The position numbers and the translations under genes were made by a program. A stretch of 64,000 nucleotides of DNA from Octopus bimaculoides. Taxonomy: Eukaryota. Shown here one piece after another: positions 51,300 through 64,000 of the stretch. A model generated the notes under the pieces. The model was not told the DNA's origin, did not search any database, and saw only the letters and a program-made list of their open reading frames with translations. Within the stretch, counting starts at the first letter, position 1; every line of letters begins with the position of its first letter. The stretch is from assembly GCF_001194135.2 (NCBI RefSeq), contig NC_068981.1, forward strand, positions 74,741,366 to 74,805,365, written 5' to 3'.

Positions 51300-51700
51300 A
51301 CTGAATTGGATGCTAAAATTGGTGTTTTGCCTGGTCTCACTTATGATCATAATATATTGGGTAATGACTGAAAGAGTACGATCGTAAATATAAGCGGCCC
51401 GAAACGGAGTTCCTCCGAAGGGTCTCTGGAGTAACGTTACTCGATAGGATACATAACTCGGAGACCTGGACGTCTCTCCAAGTCGAGCCTCTTACTTTTC
51501 CGTATTGAAAGGTCACAACTCCGGTATTGTGGAAATTTGATTAGAATGTTGCAGAAAACAATCACAAGATGGATTCTTTAAGCTGTATCAACCGGCAGGT
51601 GATTTAGGCGTAGACCAAGAACGAGATGTTTATACAATATCCAAACTCTTAGCTGGTCACGTTTGGGAATCTAGCCGGAGACTGAAATGACGGTTATTTC
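51300..51700 (+). mobile_element. RTE-clade LINE 3' fragment (second family)
   Basis: EFLRRVSGVTLLDRIHNSETWTSLQVEP...RIERSQLRYCGNLIRM, matching the RTE C-terminal pattern; frameshifted. Confidence 0.75.
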
Positions 51701-52169
51701 TGAGAGGACCCCGTAGAGAAGGTACCAGAGGACTCTACCGTTCTCAGGCATAGTGGGTAGCAGAAATGGATGGATGGTTGCAATGAGAAAGGAATACTTT
51801 ACATGCGGGAAAAAAACTAGAAAATGGAATATGTTCAAAGATTTTTCTGGACATTTGAGAGACAAACACCGTATGAGGAGTGAAAAGATGAGAATCTGAT
51901 GGAATGAATACATTTAGTTAAAAGTATGCAACAGAACTTGATACAGTTGCGGGCAAACCATTGGTTTCTGTCACGAGTTAATATTTTGCAAACATTTTAC
52001 AACACGGTTCTCGCAGATATTAGAACTGGAATTTTTCTGATCTTTAGTATGTGCCATATTTTTAATAACTCAGAAACATCACCCACAAGAAAATCAAATA
52101 TCAAGTTAGTGTTAGCCTATCTAATGCAAACATATTTAAATTAGCAATCATTATGAGGTGAAGAGAAAA

Positions 52170-52578
52170 ATCAATATTTGTTATCTTTTACTTGTTTGAG
52201 TTACTGGACTGCGGCCATGCTGGGGTACTGCCTTGAAGTACTTCAGTCAAGCAGATCGGCTCCTGTACTTGTTTTTTTTTTTAATGTTTGGTGCTTATTT
52301 TATCTGTATCTTTTGCTGAGCCGCTAAGTTTCGAGGATGTAAACAAACCGAGGCTGGTTGTCATGCGATGGGGTGGGACAAACACAGACCCAAAGACATA
52401 CACAGAGACAGACACACACACATGCACGCGCATGCACACACACACACATGCACGCGCACGCACACGCACACGCACATGCACACACACACACACACACACT
52501 GATTTTCACACAGTTTCTGTCTATCAAATTCTTTCACAAGGCGTTAGTAGGCTCGGAGCTGAAGTAGGAGACACTTGT
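52170..52578 (-). mobile_element. SINE family D copy
   Basis: GACTGCGGCCATGCTGGGG tail, internal (CA)n, CACAAGGC...GTAGGAGACACTTG. Confidence 0.8.
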
Positions 52579-53522
52579 TTAATATTATTTTAGATATTTT
52601 GACAAGTATGGGAAACAACATTGGGCATGTTTTGGGGCTTATTTATGATTTCATCAACAAAGAATAGTCTTCATTGTACATGGCGAGGTAGTGAAAGCAG
52701 GAATCACTAAATAAATATACAAAAAATTGAAGACTGGCTGGTGTAGAAAAATAAAATTGTTTAGAGAATAAAAAGTATCAGACGCCTATAAGCCACACAC
52801 ACAAAAAATTATTGTTAAGTTAGTGTTAACATATTTAATACATGGTATATTATATTTTTTCCGCTATTCACTCAATAGCTCTGTGGGTGTTATATAAACA
52901 ATTCAATCTTCAGAGCGCTGTAGTTCCTTTGTTCTCACATATAGAGATTACGTGAGACATCACACTGAAATAACCCTCAGTTGCTAGACGTTAGTTCATT
53001 GTTCATTTAGAAAATTTCACTGAAAATTTAATGAACTCAAAGTTGGTTATAGTATCTTTCCATATTGTTGAATGAGTATTAGTATTATACAAAAATTATT
53101 GATCTCACTTCAATACAAAGAGGACATGTTTACGTTCCCCTTTAAGTACAAGGGGCATCAAAGGAAAAAATTCAGATAGGTCCCTTATGAAGCACACATG
53201 CGCACACTCGCGCACATATACACCCTAGCGCATACATGCCCACACATGCACATTTGCGCGCACACACAAGCAGGCATACACACATGTATACACAAAACTA
53301 ATTCATGTATTATACGATGATATATTTATTGATATAAGAATGCTGATGCCTCGATTTTACTAGATATATTCAGACAGAGCTAAATACAATATTTGTTGAG
53401 TTAACTATCTAAACATAGTGATCACAACATAATTCATAAATATCCATACGAGACTCCAAAATTTGATATACAAGTGTTTCATGTGTTACACACACAATCG
53501 TAACCAAGGAAGAACAGTCTTA

Positions 53523-53653
53523 TACAGGGTGTCCACAAAGTCTGGCTACATGCAGTAAATAAAATCATAACATAAACAATTAAATATAAGAAATAATAAT
53601 TTCTGAAAGTATCTGTTAATCCCAATGTACCCAGACTTTGTGGACACCCTGTA
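53523..53653. mobile_element. Tc1/mariner-type MITE (127 bp) with 27-bp TIRs and TA TSD
   Basis: TA|CAGGGTGTCCACAAAGTCTGGCTACAT (53525-53551) ... ATGTACCCAGACTTTGTGGACACCCTG|TA (53625-53651); 1 mismatch. Confidence 0.92.
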
Positions 53654-54384
53654 GAATATAAATATCAAATTTATCGTAGCAAGGTGTTATGCAATTCTCG
53701 TAAAAGAAGCAAAATGCTGCAGACAAGCAGAATGACCAGAAATGAAGGAAATACATATATTAATAGCCATGATATCTTTCGGAGATTAAATGTATATAAA
53801 TTAGTATCATGAAGTACTCATCTTCATTAAGAAGATATAAAGGCTGGATCCGGTGATCTTTCAATATATACGATGCGATGTGTTATTGATAAATTAATGT
53901 TAACGTTACGACTGTGCATGATGCACTGCAATAGAGCTAACTAAAGCATGCGTATAGTCAAATATCTAGATATACTGAAACAGCATCACATAACCCTCTG
54001 AGTCTCCAGGTTTTTATCTCAAAATATTGAAAACTACAACTGCAATGACATTCATATATCAATAAGGTACTGTACTGAATATATCATTCAAACTTTGATC
54101 TAATAATTTGGTCATTAAGTAAATACAAATAATTATCCATTTAAATTTATCTATTCAGAGGTGTGCGTATGTACATATTAGATTTGTTTGCTGTAGTTCT
54201 ACCTGTTTTGTTTCTATCATTTGTTTTACAAGACTACATTATATAGTGTCACTATGAATTTAAAATGTTTCATTATAAGATTTTCCTTCATCGAATGACA
54301 ATTGTATTTAAGCGACACATGAAACTTTGAAATTCGAAAGCCACAATCTTCTGACTGAAATGGTTATTTCAATAATTGTATATA

Positions 54385-54427
<43 letters not shown>

Positions 54428-54721
54428 ATATATATTTTGTTTTTATTAGAAGCGTCGAATGTGTATTGCACGATACCGAGAAGAAGGGGAAATTGTCGAA
54501 CGCAGCATCAACGCAGGCAGTTTAGCTTAATGGTAAAACACTCAATCGGTGTCATGTCGGATGTGGCTTAAATTCCCACGACCGTTTGTTGACAACTTTT
54601 TCGCCTTCTAAGGGTAATATTACCAATAATTTCTGCTGCTTTAACGGCAATGCTGCGTTCGAAAAATTCACATTCTTCTCTGTATCGCACAAGTTTGTTT
54701 ATATATAGACATGTGGTTGTT

Positions 54722-54752
<31 letters not shown>

Positions 54753-54764
54753 CATATTTGTATT

Positions 54765-54852
<88 letters not shown>

Positions 54853-54869
54853 TGTGTGTGTGTGTGTAG

Positions 54870-55100
54870 GGGGAGAATTCACAAAAAAAAAACAGAAGAC
54901 GAAGACAGGTGGTGTAGACAACAGACAAATGTATTAGTTTAACACTCGGGAAGTGAAGAAGTCTTTAACGTTTCGAGCCTACGCTCTTCCACAGAAAGGA
55001 ACACAGAAAGAAACAAGGAGAGAAAATAAAGAATGTGTAGTGGGTAGCGAGCTATCATGGCGAATGCCGGACAGAGAGGTCACACAGGAGAGCTAGGTAA
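54870..55100 (-). mobile_element. PLE-type pLTR repeat with hammerhead-like motif
   Basis: Homologous to 19360-19570; minus strand cttt-CTGTGGA-A-GAGC-gtag-GCTC-GAAAC-GTT-aaag at 54961-55000. Confidence 0.7.
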
Positions 55101-55687
55101 AAGGGGAGATGATAAAGTAGTGGTGATAACACAACGAAGGTGCGCGTGCGTGTGTATAAGAGTGTATGTGCGTGTGGAAGAGGGCTGGTGACCTTGACGT
55201 GTGCGTGTGTATGTGTAGGTGTGTGGATGTGGGGCTGGGAAGTGGTCAGTGCTAGTGTGTGCGTGGTGGTGTGATGTGATGTGGTATGGTGGTATGGTGA
55301 TGTATGGCGTAGTGGTGTATAGTTGGCGTGATGGTGTTGGGAGGTGAGGAAGTGAGAGTGGGGAAAGCAAGAGTGGTGCGTGGGTAAGGCTGAGGAGCAA
55401 ATCGGTGTTGAACCATGAAAGAAGAGAAACAAAAACAACTGAATGGACGTACACAGTGAGTGTTATTAGTCTGAAGCTGGATGAAATTTCACATGGAAAA
55501 TTGAAAATAAAATCATGGCATTTTGGGCATGGATCTTGGTCTGATAAGTGAAGGAAGTCCAGAGAAGAAAAAGAGGAAAAAACGGGTAGTCTGGAGAAAA
55601 GCACATGGCTGGCTACATGATAAAAAAAAATGTTTACATTCACGCGCACACATACATACTGATATTTATATATATACTTATATGCAT

Positions 55688-55766
<79 letters not shown>

Positions 55767-56715
55767 CTTTAAATCTGAAAGTCTCTTCAAATTGAAATTT
55801 GTTTTAACACGGATTTATCTGAATTTGGCCATTATAGTTATCTAATATTAAATCAAGCAAGTCTGCTTACATCTGACAAAACGATTTGGAGTCGGCTGTT
55901 ATAATGGTGCGAACTACATACTGTTTGTAGCATAAATGTCAACGTACAATATAACGTGATTGTTTACAAAAGCATTATTCATTCCAAGAATTTACTCATT
56001 CCATACTGTCAATAACTTAACATAATTATCCTTCTGTTCATTTCACGAAATTCGAGAAACAGATTCTCAAAAAGATTATGAAATCAGAATAGATGATATT
56101 TTTTCCACTTGGATAGTCTCTAGATCTGACTTTTATTGAAAATGTATAGTAGTTCACCAAGTCAAACCTTTAGAACAAAGGGATATCTATTGGTGATAGA
56201 CCAGAACGAATGGTACAAATTAAAGCCGACATTATTGAAAATAAGTGTCGACAGTGTCGATGAAAAGGATAAGAATAATAGAAAAGAATCAGACCAAATA
56301 TTTTGTTATTAAATTTTCCTTCTAAATAGATATCAATTGATTGTTTTTAAAGAAATATGATCGCAACAAATAATTTAATTACTCAAACTCAAAGAAAAAT
56401 AACATTGATGTAAGGAAATAGTTTTGATCAAAGCTAAAATCTTTTCTCGTGATGTTGGGTGCTATATTCATGCTCTAGAACTGTTTTTTCTGGTTTTGTT
56501 ATTACATTGGTTTCGATTTTCCAAATATTGCTGTTTAATATTTAAGCGAATATTTTTTCAGTGGCTCATCATGGTATATAAAAATAATTTTTTTCCGAAG
56601 ATGCTTGATTGAGACGAAATTTGAAGTCACTGCAACTGTTTTTAAACACATTTAAGTCCAACGTATACATACATACATACATACATACGTACGTACATAC
56701 ATACAAACATACACA

Positions 56716-58040
56716 CGGCGCCGTCAACATCAGATGAGGAGGCGCAGAGGACTGTTTAAAAATATTTCTTGAACTTTCCCTTCTACATTATGCCGGCTCC
56801 TCCACCTTACTGCGAAATAACTTCAACGACAAGCTTCTTTTTAAAAAACAAAAAAATGACTTGCTCTCGTGATGCAAAACATTGAGAACTGGTCAAAATC
56901 TGCCAAAAGTAAGATCGAAAATAAGGTAGACAAACCGCCACCATCACTAAATTCTCGTGTCTCTCCACAGTTCATAGAAAACTTTTCTACCTTTTCAGAA
57001 CTATCGTTAAGTAACAGGCTATTCTTAACAAGATTAAGAGAAAATCCAACAGCTCTAAAATTGAAAGTTATCGACGATATCGCTGGAGAGCACATGGAAT
57101 CATGTAATGTTAATTACTGGAGTATTAACACCCTCATATACACAGCTGCTATAACTCTTAAAGAACAGCTCGGAGAAATCTGCAGTATACATAGTAATGA
57201 AAGTACTAAACCGAAACATCCTGAATGAAAAACAAACAAAACTTGAAGAAAACATCAACAATCTACTCCGCCATATTGAACGGATATTAACGATAATAAA
57301 TGTAAGAAGAACAATGAGTTTACACCTCATCAGTCACATCGTATAAACAAATTAACAAAACTGCTTAGTAACTCTTCACAACAAGCTCTTGATGGGAAGT
57401 TAATTACTCTAAATACGAACTCAGGGCTCTGAGCGAAAATCTTCGATACCGCAAACGAACTTTTGAATGAGTTGAGTCTGTATATATCAAACAAGTTTGT
57501 TTCTAACACACAAATAGTATGTAGAGAGATGAGAAAGGATAATATTACCGTTAAGAAAGCCACCTCTTAAGAAGATCTTGAATCATTCTGGAAAGAAAAC
57601 AAAATATCAACCGCAATGCATCGTAGCTAAATGCAGTAAAGAGAGAATATTGTACCAACATCAGCAGTAAAACATATGCAACTGACCCGGATATCTTTAC
57701 CATAGCTGTAGGCAAACTGCATAATGAGAAGGCACCCGGAAGGGACCTAATAGTTAGATACTGGTATAAGAGGCTGACATTTTGCAGGAAACCCTTAATA
57801 AGTATATTCAAAATTGGCTTGCTATAACACGGACAAATCTCGTGGCCAAGAATGAAACCACCGATTTTCCTGAGAACTACGGCCTATTGCTTGCCTAAAT
57901 ATGTATAGACTGTACACAGGCTGCTTCAACCAACTCCCCCAAGATCATTGTGAGTCCAACAGTATAGTAACTGATGAGCAGGCCAGTGTAAAGAAGAAAG
58001 TGTGAGGATGTGCTGAGCAATTTCTGGGGCTCTTACCATT
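56716..58040 (+). mobile_element. R4/Dong-type LINE 5' region (5' UTR, N-terminal domain, start of RT), decayed
   Basis: Starts right after (CATA)n; YWSINTLIYTAAITLKE, LEENINNLL, KLHNEKAPGRDLIVRYWYKRL (NWKAPGxD-like), TRTNLVAK..PENY, TDEQASVKKKV*GCAEQ; broken by (GA)n and a gap. Confidence 0.75.
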
Positions 58041-58087
<47 letters not shown>

Positions 58088-58559
58088 NNNNNNNNNNAGA
58101 GAGAGAGAGAGAAAGAGAGAGAGAGTGACAGAGAGAAAGAGAGAGAAAGCGAGATGTGCGATTGTCATACGTTTAGAGGGGACGTGAACAATGCAGGAAG
58201 GAAGCTAGAACTGGCGATTCTTGTCTAGGCACTTGAACTTAAAATATCTTATGCATTCTTCTATGGACTAATTGTTGCTGACGAAGACCACATCCGGGAA
58301 CTCCAGATTTCTTCCTAAAATTTATTATCTTTAAAATATAAAGGGGGAAATGTCTGTTGAGTCAATAAGAATTAGAGATTCTGTGATTACATTATGACTT
58401 TAATACTGACACTATAAGAAAGGCAATAAATAATGATCCAGCGAATGGTTATTTTCTCCATCCTTTACTGTATTCTCACCTTCCACTATCAATAATTCTC
58501 TATAACTTCTTTAATGGCATTCTTTCTTCAAGTCTTAATTGCTTAACACTTCAAACTTT

Positions 58560-59520
58560 ACAATTCTCATTTTCTATTTACTTTCATTTTTGCTTTGAAT
58601 AATTTTTTAATGTCAATTTGCTTGAAAAATTTCCAGTTTTTCACTCAATGTTTTTAATACTGATTTACAATCAGTCAGTGAAGTGAATTTTCTTTGAAGT
58701 AGAAGTGATGCATCATTAAGCTTTTGGAACACCCAAGTTAAATAATAAATGCTATTTTTGTGTTTCCCCCCCCCTTTTTTTTTCAGAACTATCTCCATCC
58801 CTTTCACTTTCTAGAAAGTTAAGTATGCTATCAAAAAGGTTTATCATGTTAAGAAATTTTCTTTGGAAATCCATCTTATTTCTGAATGTGAAATAATTTT
58901 TACGTACTGCTCATTAACATTAGAATAAAACGCTCATTATCATTAGAATAAATCTTTCATTGCAATGTATTGCAATGATTCCTGGACAAATTGATTTCAA
59001 ATGTGCTTTGAGGCCACTTACGCCTTCGACCATTGATGTAACATCATTAGTTGCAATCGATAAAAAATTTCTAATGGAACTTTTTTTCACCAAACCCAGA
59101 CCTCAAAGCAATGAAAATAGATACCCATCTAGCATAAGTTTCTAAGTATTTTTGAAAATATATATTTTCTTTCGGTGGTCAATCACCATTGAAATATCGC
59201 ATACACACTGCGGGAAGGGCTTTGTTATCTACTTGATCTAAATGAGAGTTTAGTTTTTTTCTCAATATTTGAACTAGCTTTTATTTCATAATCGCCGAAA
59301 AATTTCATCAACTTTATCTCGTATTGAATCGTTTGCTTAATAGTAAATATTTTAAGATACCTGGATTTTATTCACACATTTCATTTGAAAAAGCAGTATC
59401 TCATATAGTCTTTATGACCTTCTCAGTTATTGTAAGTCGATTGTCATTTTTGTAACGATCTTTACTATCACATACCACATTGGATTAATCTAATTTGATA
59501 TCTTTTTATACCAAATGTGT
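58560..59520 (-). pseudogene. hAT-superfamily (Charlie/SCAND3-like) transposase remnant
   Basis: DSIRDKVDEI; IATNDVTSMVEGVSGLKAHLKSICPGIIAIHC (TDGAxxM...HC); SHSEIRWISK (HTEVRWLSK); YYLTWVFQKLNDASLLLQ (AYLxDIFxKLNxLNLxLQ). Confidence 0.8.
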
Positions 59521-60887
59521 GGGATTGTTGATTAATATTGATTTTTAGTATTTTTATTAAGCTTTATCGGGATGATTTTAAAGATTCATTCAAAGACTAC
59601 TATGATAAAAAAATGCATATAGATATTTTTGATCGAGCAGCTTTCAATAAATACATGAGGCAGGTATCTACATAATATTGGTGACACATTTTCGTTGCTA
59701 AACTTAATATCATTTATTGACTTTTGTATGATATGCTATTACAATAAAAATTGTCATAAAGAATATTAGAAATAAGCGAAATTTTGGGGAAATACTTAAA
59801 TGTGTTATCAGAAAAGTTATGAAGTAGGTACACAAAAGTTGCCATCTCAGATACACAGTTTTTATCTTTCTTATTCAATTTCTAAATAAGTCTATTCAAC
59901 TAAGGGTGACAATCTTAATCACTGAGCTTTAATTTTGTTATGATGCTATGAGCTATGCACGATGCTATTTCCTCATAATTATAGAAACCGTCAGAATATT
60001 TTTATATTAAAAAATATAATGGCACTAGTTTGGTGGCTAAAAAGTACTAAAGCAGACTAAATATAATAATTACATTACAATTTTAGCAGCACAAGCTTAA
60101 ATTTAAATTAATGTAGCCTCATTTTAAAATAAGTCAACATTAATCCCAAGCATTGCAACATTTTCAAAGAAAGTTACATTAATGCATGTGCTAGCAATAG
60201 TTATATGACTAATTTTTGTCATATTGGAATGTTACCAATAGGTGCCTTTTAAAGAAGTACAAGCACCACTTGAATAATTAAATGAAGTGACTAGAAAAGT
60301 GACAACGAAGTCATTGTTTTCGGACTCAATAAAGAAAAAAAAAACTGAAGAAAAATCACAATGCCAATAAATAATAACATAGAAATATAAGCCCCACTAG
60401 GGTCCTTTAGGGAGCACAGAATACTGAATGTGTAAGCGTCATTAAACTAAGCGGTATAGAAAGCTTTGAAAGACTACTCTGTCCCTCTGCAACTCACATT
60501 GAGCAATGCTCTTTAACGTCATTGATAACAATGCACATACTCAGAATAGCAATTTAAAACCTTGATGGACAATTCCAAAATAAATAGAATTTAATCGATG
60601 AGTTAGATCTTTCCCGATTTCTGCCCGAAATTTTATTTTCGCCACTGTTGGGGAGCCTTGTTTTAGGTAGACGCACGTGAGTCTTGACACTGAAATTATA
60701 GTTTATTTAAGTGCCATATCAAAACATTGAGAAAACACAACAACTAAGCAAGTAGCAGGTGCTAAGCTAGTAGAGATGATATGATGTCTATACCAATAAA
60801 ATAACCGGCAAGAATGGACAACTAATATACCGCAAAAAGAAATTATGGAATATTTAGAAATCATCTCGTGGTTAATGCATACCTATC

Positions 60888-60920
<33 letters not shown>

Positions 60921-60937
60921 NNNNNNNNNNTACATAC

Positions 60938-60977
<40 letters not shown>

Positions 60978-63055
60978 ACACACAAAAACAGAGAAGAGAG
61001 AAAGAAAGACAGACAAATGTTCGTACGTAAGCATAATATTTTGCTATTGTACTTCTATTTTTATTTCTTAACAACAGCAACAGCAACCACAACAACAACA
61101 TGTTTTTGCAATAATTGCAGTGTAGATTGAATAAGTAGATAATATAAAAAAAAGTAAGCAAAAATCTTGAATAAAAAGAGAAAAATAGAAAATTGAATGT
61201 TCAAAACGTTATTTAAAAAAAATTCATCACTGTATTTTAGATCTAATAATGAAAATGGGTTCTAAAAACAATTCTTTAATAATAAATATCTTAGCTACGG
61301 CAGTTTTTAGATTACCTTCTTTTATAATATTGATTTATTATTATTGTTGTTGTTATTGTTGTTCCTAATATATTTTTTTTCTTATTACAAAGAAGGTGGA
61401 TTTGAACTATTATTTCTGATGGGAAAATATGCAGTTGATACACGAAAAAGTTTTGCATGAACTTACCATTAAAATACACTGACACACGTACATATATACA
61501 TGTAGGCATAAACATATGTACTTGCGTTTGTTTATGTATGTATTTAAACGAACACGTGCACACATATTTATAATTATGTACATATATACATAAAAACAGA
61601 TAAACAGATGAATATATGTATATACATACATATGTAAATATATATATATATATATATATATANNNNNNNNNNNNNNNNNNNNNNNNNNNNNNNNNNNNNN
61701 NNNNNNNNNNNNNNNNNNNNNNNNNNNNNNNNNNNNNNNNNNNNNNNNNNNNNNNNNNNNNNNNNNNNNNNNNNNNNNNNNNNNNNNNNNNNNNNNNNNN
61801 NNNNNNNNNNNNNNNNNNNNNNNNNNNNNNNNNNNNNNNNNNNNNNNNNNNNNNNNNNNNNNNNNNNNNNNNNNNNNNNNNNNNNNNNNNNNNNNNNNNN
61901 NNNNNNNNNNNNNNNNNNNNNNNNNNNNNNNNNNNNNNNNNNNNNNNNNNNNNNNNNNNNNNNNNNNNNNNNNNNNNNNNNNNNNNNNNNNNNNNNNNNN
62001 NNNNNNNNNNNNNNNNNNNNNNNNNNNNNNNNNNNNNNNNNNNNNNNNNNNNNNNNNNNNNNNNNNNNNNNNNNNNNNNNNNNNNNNNNNNNNNNNNNNN
62101 NNNNACACACATATACATACATATACATACATACATATACATACATACATATCGATGTTTGTGCCTTACATGAATAGAAAAGAAACAAAAAATAAATTTG
62201 TATCTGTGCTTTTTCAATATTGTAGTTAACTGAATATAATAACTTTAAACATAAAGAAATGCGACTACATAGAACTTTAGTTGTTATTCAGAGAAACATA
62301 ATTCGTGAGAGGCATTGAGTGCAGGGACTGAGGTAAAGCAAGCCAGAATGCTGGTGAAGGATAGGGCAATAGACTAATATATAAATATAAACATATACAC
62401 ACATATATGTATGCATGTATGTATGTATGTATGTATGTATGTATGTATGTATGTAGGCGTTTACGTGTGTGTGCATATATATATATTTACAGATTTACAT
62501 GTAATGTAAATATGTATATATGTAATGTATATATGTATATATGTGAAGAGAAAGAAAGAGAGAGATAGACAGAGAGTGAAAGTGAAGAAGAGAGAGGAAT
62601 TGAGCGGGAAGCATTTTTGGAACTGAGGTAAATGAAAAGAATAACTGAGAGGGAGAGATAATAAGTCGGAGAGGCGGTGAGGTTCTTCGTCAACGTCATT
62701 CTTTTCCGTCTTTCTATAATGTAGCCAACTGCATAAAAGATACTCTATGCTAAAAACTGATCAATCTATTTTTGCTGTTGGTCTCTATATTTGGTAAAGC
62801 CAGCAGTTTCACGAAATCTATCATTTCATTAGTCTATGATTACAGAAGAGGAAATATGTCATCGCCAACTCTTTTGAATCGACAAAAATCGTGCTGAAAG
62901 ACAGACATAATGAAAAATAAATTTATCAACAAGAAATAACGAAAAAAATACTTTGGATAAGGAATGTTTGATACCTTACTTATTTTTAAAAATCTAAGAA
63001 ATTATACCATACAAAATATTAAACAAACACTCTTCTCTCTCTCCCTCTCTCTCTA

Positions 63056-63091
<36 letters not shown>

Positions 63092-63134
63092 TGTATGTAT
63101 GTATGTATGTATGTGTTTGCGTAATGGCTGCCGA

Positions 63135-63298
63135 TCAAAAGGCGGCGAGCTGGCAGAATTGTTAGCACACCAGACAAAATGCTAAGCAGCATTTTGTCTG
63201 TCTATACGTTTTGAGTTTAAATTCTGCCGAGATCGACCTTGTCTTTCGTCATTTCAGTTGAGTATTGGGGTCAATGTAATCGACTGGCCCCTCCCTCA
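63135..63298 (+). mobile_element. SINE family C (Meta-like), diverged
   Basis: AAGGCGGCGAGCTGGCAGAATTGTTAGCAC...GAGTTTAAATTCTGCCGAGATCGACC. Confidence 0.8.
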
Positions 63299-63494
63299 AC
63301 ATAGCATTATGCATATATATATATAATGTATATAAAATATACATATTTGTGTGTATACCTCTGAAGATATAAATAACTATATACCGATATATATATATCT
63401 ACCTATATAATTATTTATACCTTCAGAGATATGCATACGAATATGTATATTCTATATACATTCTATCCATCCATCCATCCGTCTGTCTGTCTGT

Positions 63495-63666
63495 CTGCTC
63501 TAATGCTGTGTTGACATCCAATAAGTCCTCGTCCCCTCTTTTTCTTGATCCATACAGTCTGTCTGTGTCCCTTGTTGGGTGGAGTGACCCATATCTTGTT
63601 AGCAACTTCCTAGTCTTTCGGTCTAGGCTGTTTAGTTTGTGTACTGTCCATGCGATTACTCCTGCG
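63495..63666 (-). mobile_element. R4/Dong-type LINE internal fragment next to (TAA)n
   Basis: AGVIAWTVHKLNSLDRKTRKLLTRYGSLHPTRDTDRLYGSRKRG (LDRKTRK..LHP..D.DRLY motif); (ATT)n at 63667-63745. Confidence 0.8.
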
Positions 63667-63692
63667 TATTATTATTATTATTATTATTATTA

Positions 63693-63747
<55 letters not shown>

Positions 63748-64000
63748 AAAGGGAACCTTCTTGAATAATTACCATTTTGATTCTTGCAACGCTTGACTAA
63801 GGGAAGCTATGTAAAATAATTTATATAGAATAAACATATTAGAATATATGTCGAAATATTTTTAGAGCTTCAGATTTGTTCACTTACCAAAAGCGCTCAG
63901 AAAATACGCCACATATTAATCTCTTCAGTTGTCATACGCAGAACATATGAAGTATTCCTCTATTAGCATACAAAATTACATGGTATGTTCATGTATTCAG

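Noticed and set aside
54508-54580. tRNA-like sequence (TAGCTTAATGGTAAAAC ... GGCTTAAATTCCC)
   Set aside because: B box and stems are decayed and no cloverleaf can be drawn; at most a SINE-head relic.
57965-58000. CTGATGAG ... GAAAG resembling a hammerhead core
   Set aside because: No stem II pairing; it lies in the RT coding frame (TDEQ) of the R4/Dong fragment.

Overview
Eukaryotic, AT-rich, microsatellite-dense draft genomic sequence with many N gaps. The SINE families and repeat landscape are most consistent with an octopus (cephalopod) genome; this is an inference. I found no convincing host protein-coding exon, tRNA/rRNA gene or CRISPR array, so the window looks intronic or intergenic. 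Most ORF-track entries are artefacts of microsatellites or gaps. The window is a mosaic of mobile elements. (1) Many Penelope-like retroelement (PLE) remnants: a Neptune-type RT+GIY-YIG copy at 46.2-47.8 kb, three loci with GIY-YIG fragments, and pseudo-LTRs carrying hammerhead-ribozyme motifs, including an apparently intact type I hammerhead in both an inverted and a direct pLTR at 1.3 and 3.5 kb. (2) R4/Dong-type REL-endonuclease LINE fragments sitting in (TACA)n or (TAA)n microsatellites. (3) An ORF1-only (HAL1-like) LINE derivative at 6.7-8.5 kb, back-to-back with a second ORF1-like remnant, with a cluster of near-perfect hairpins. (4) RTE LINE ends, a Tc1/mariner end, a mariner-type MITE and a hAT transposase pseudogene. 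(5) At least four tRNA-derived SINE families, some with clear target-site duplications. Several foldback structures (5.5, 6.7, 7.0, 22.5 and 34.4 kb) are not explained by standard features. All alignments and folds were done by eye, and coordinates of degenerate repeats are approximate.
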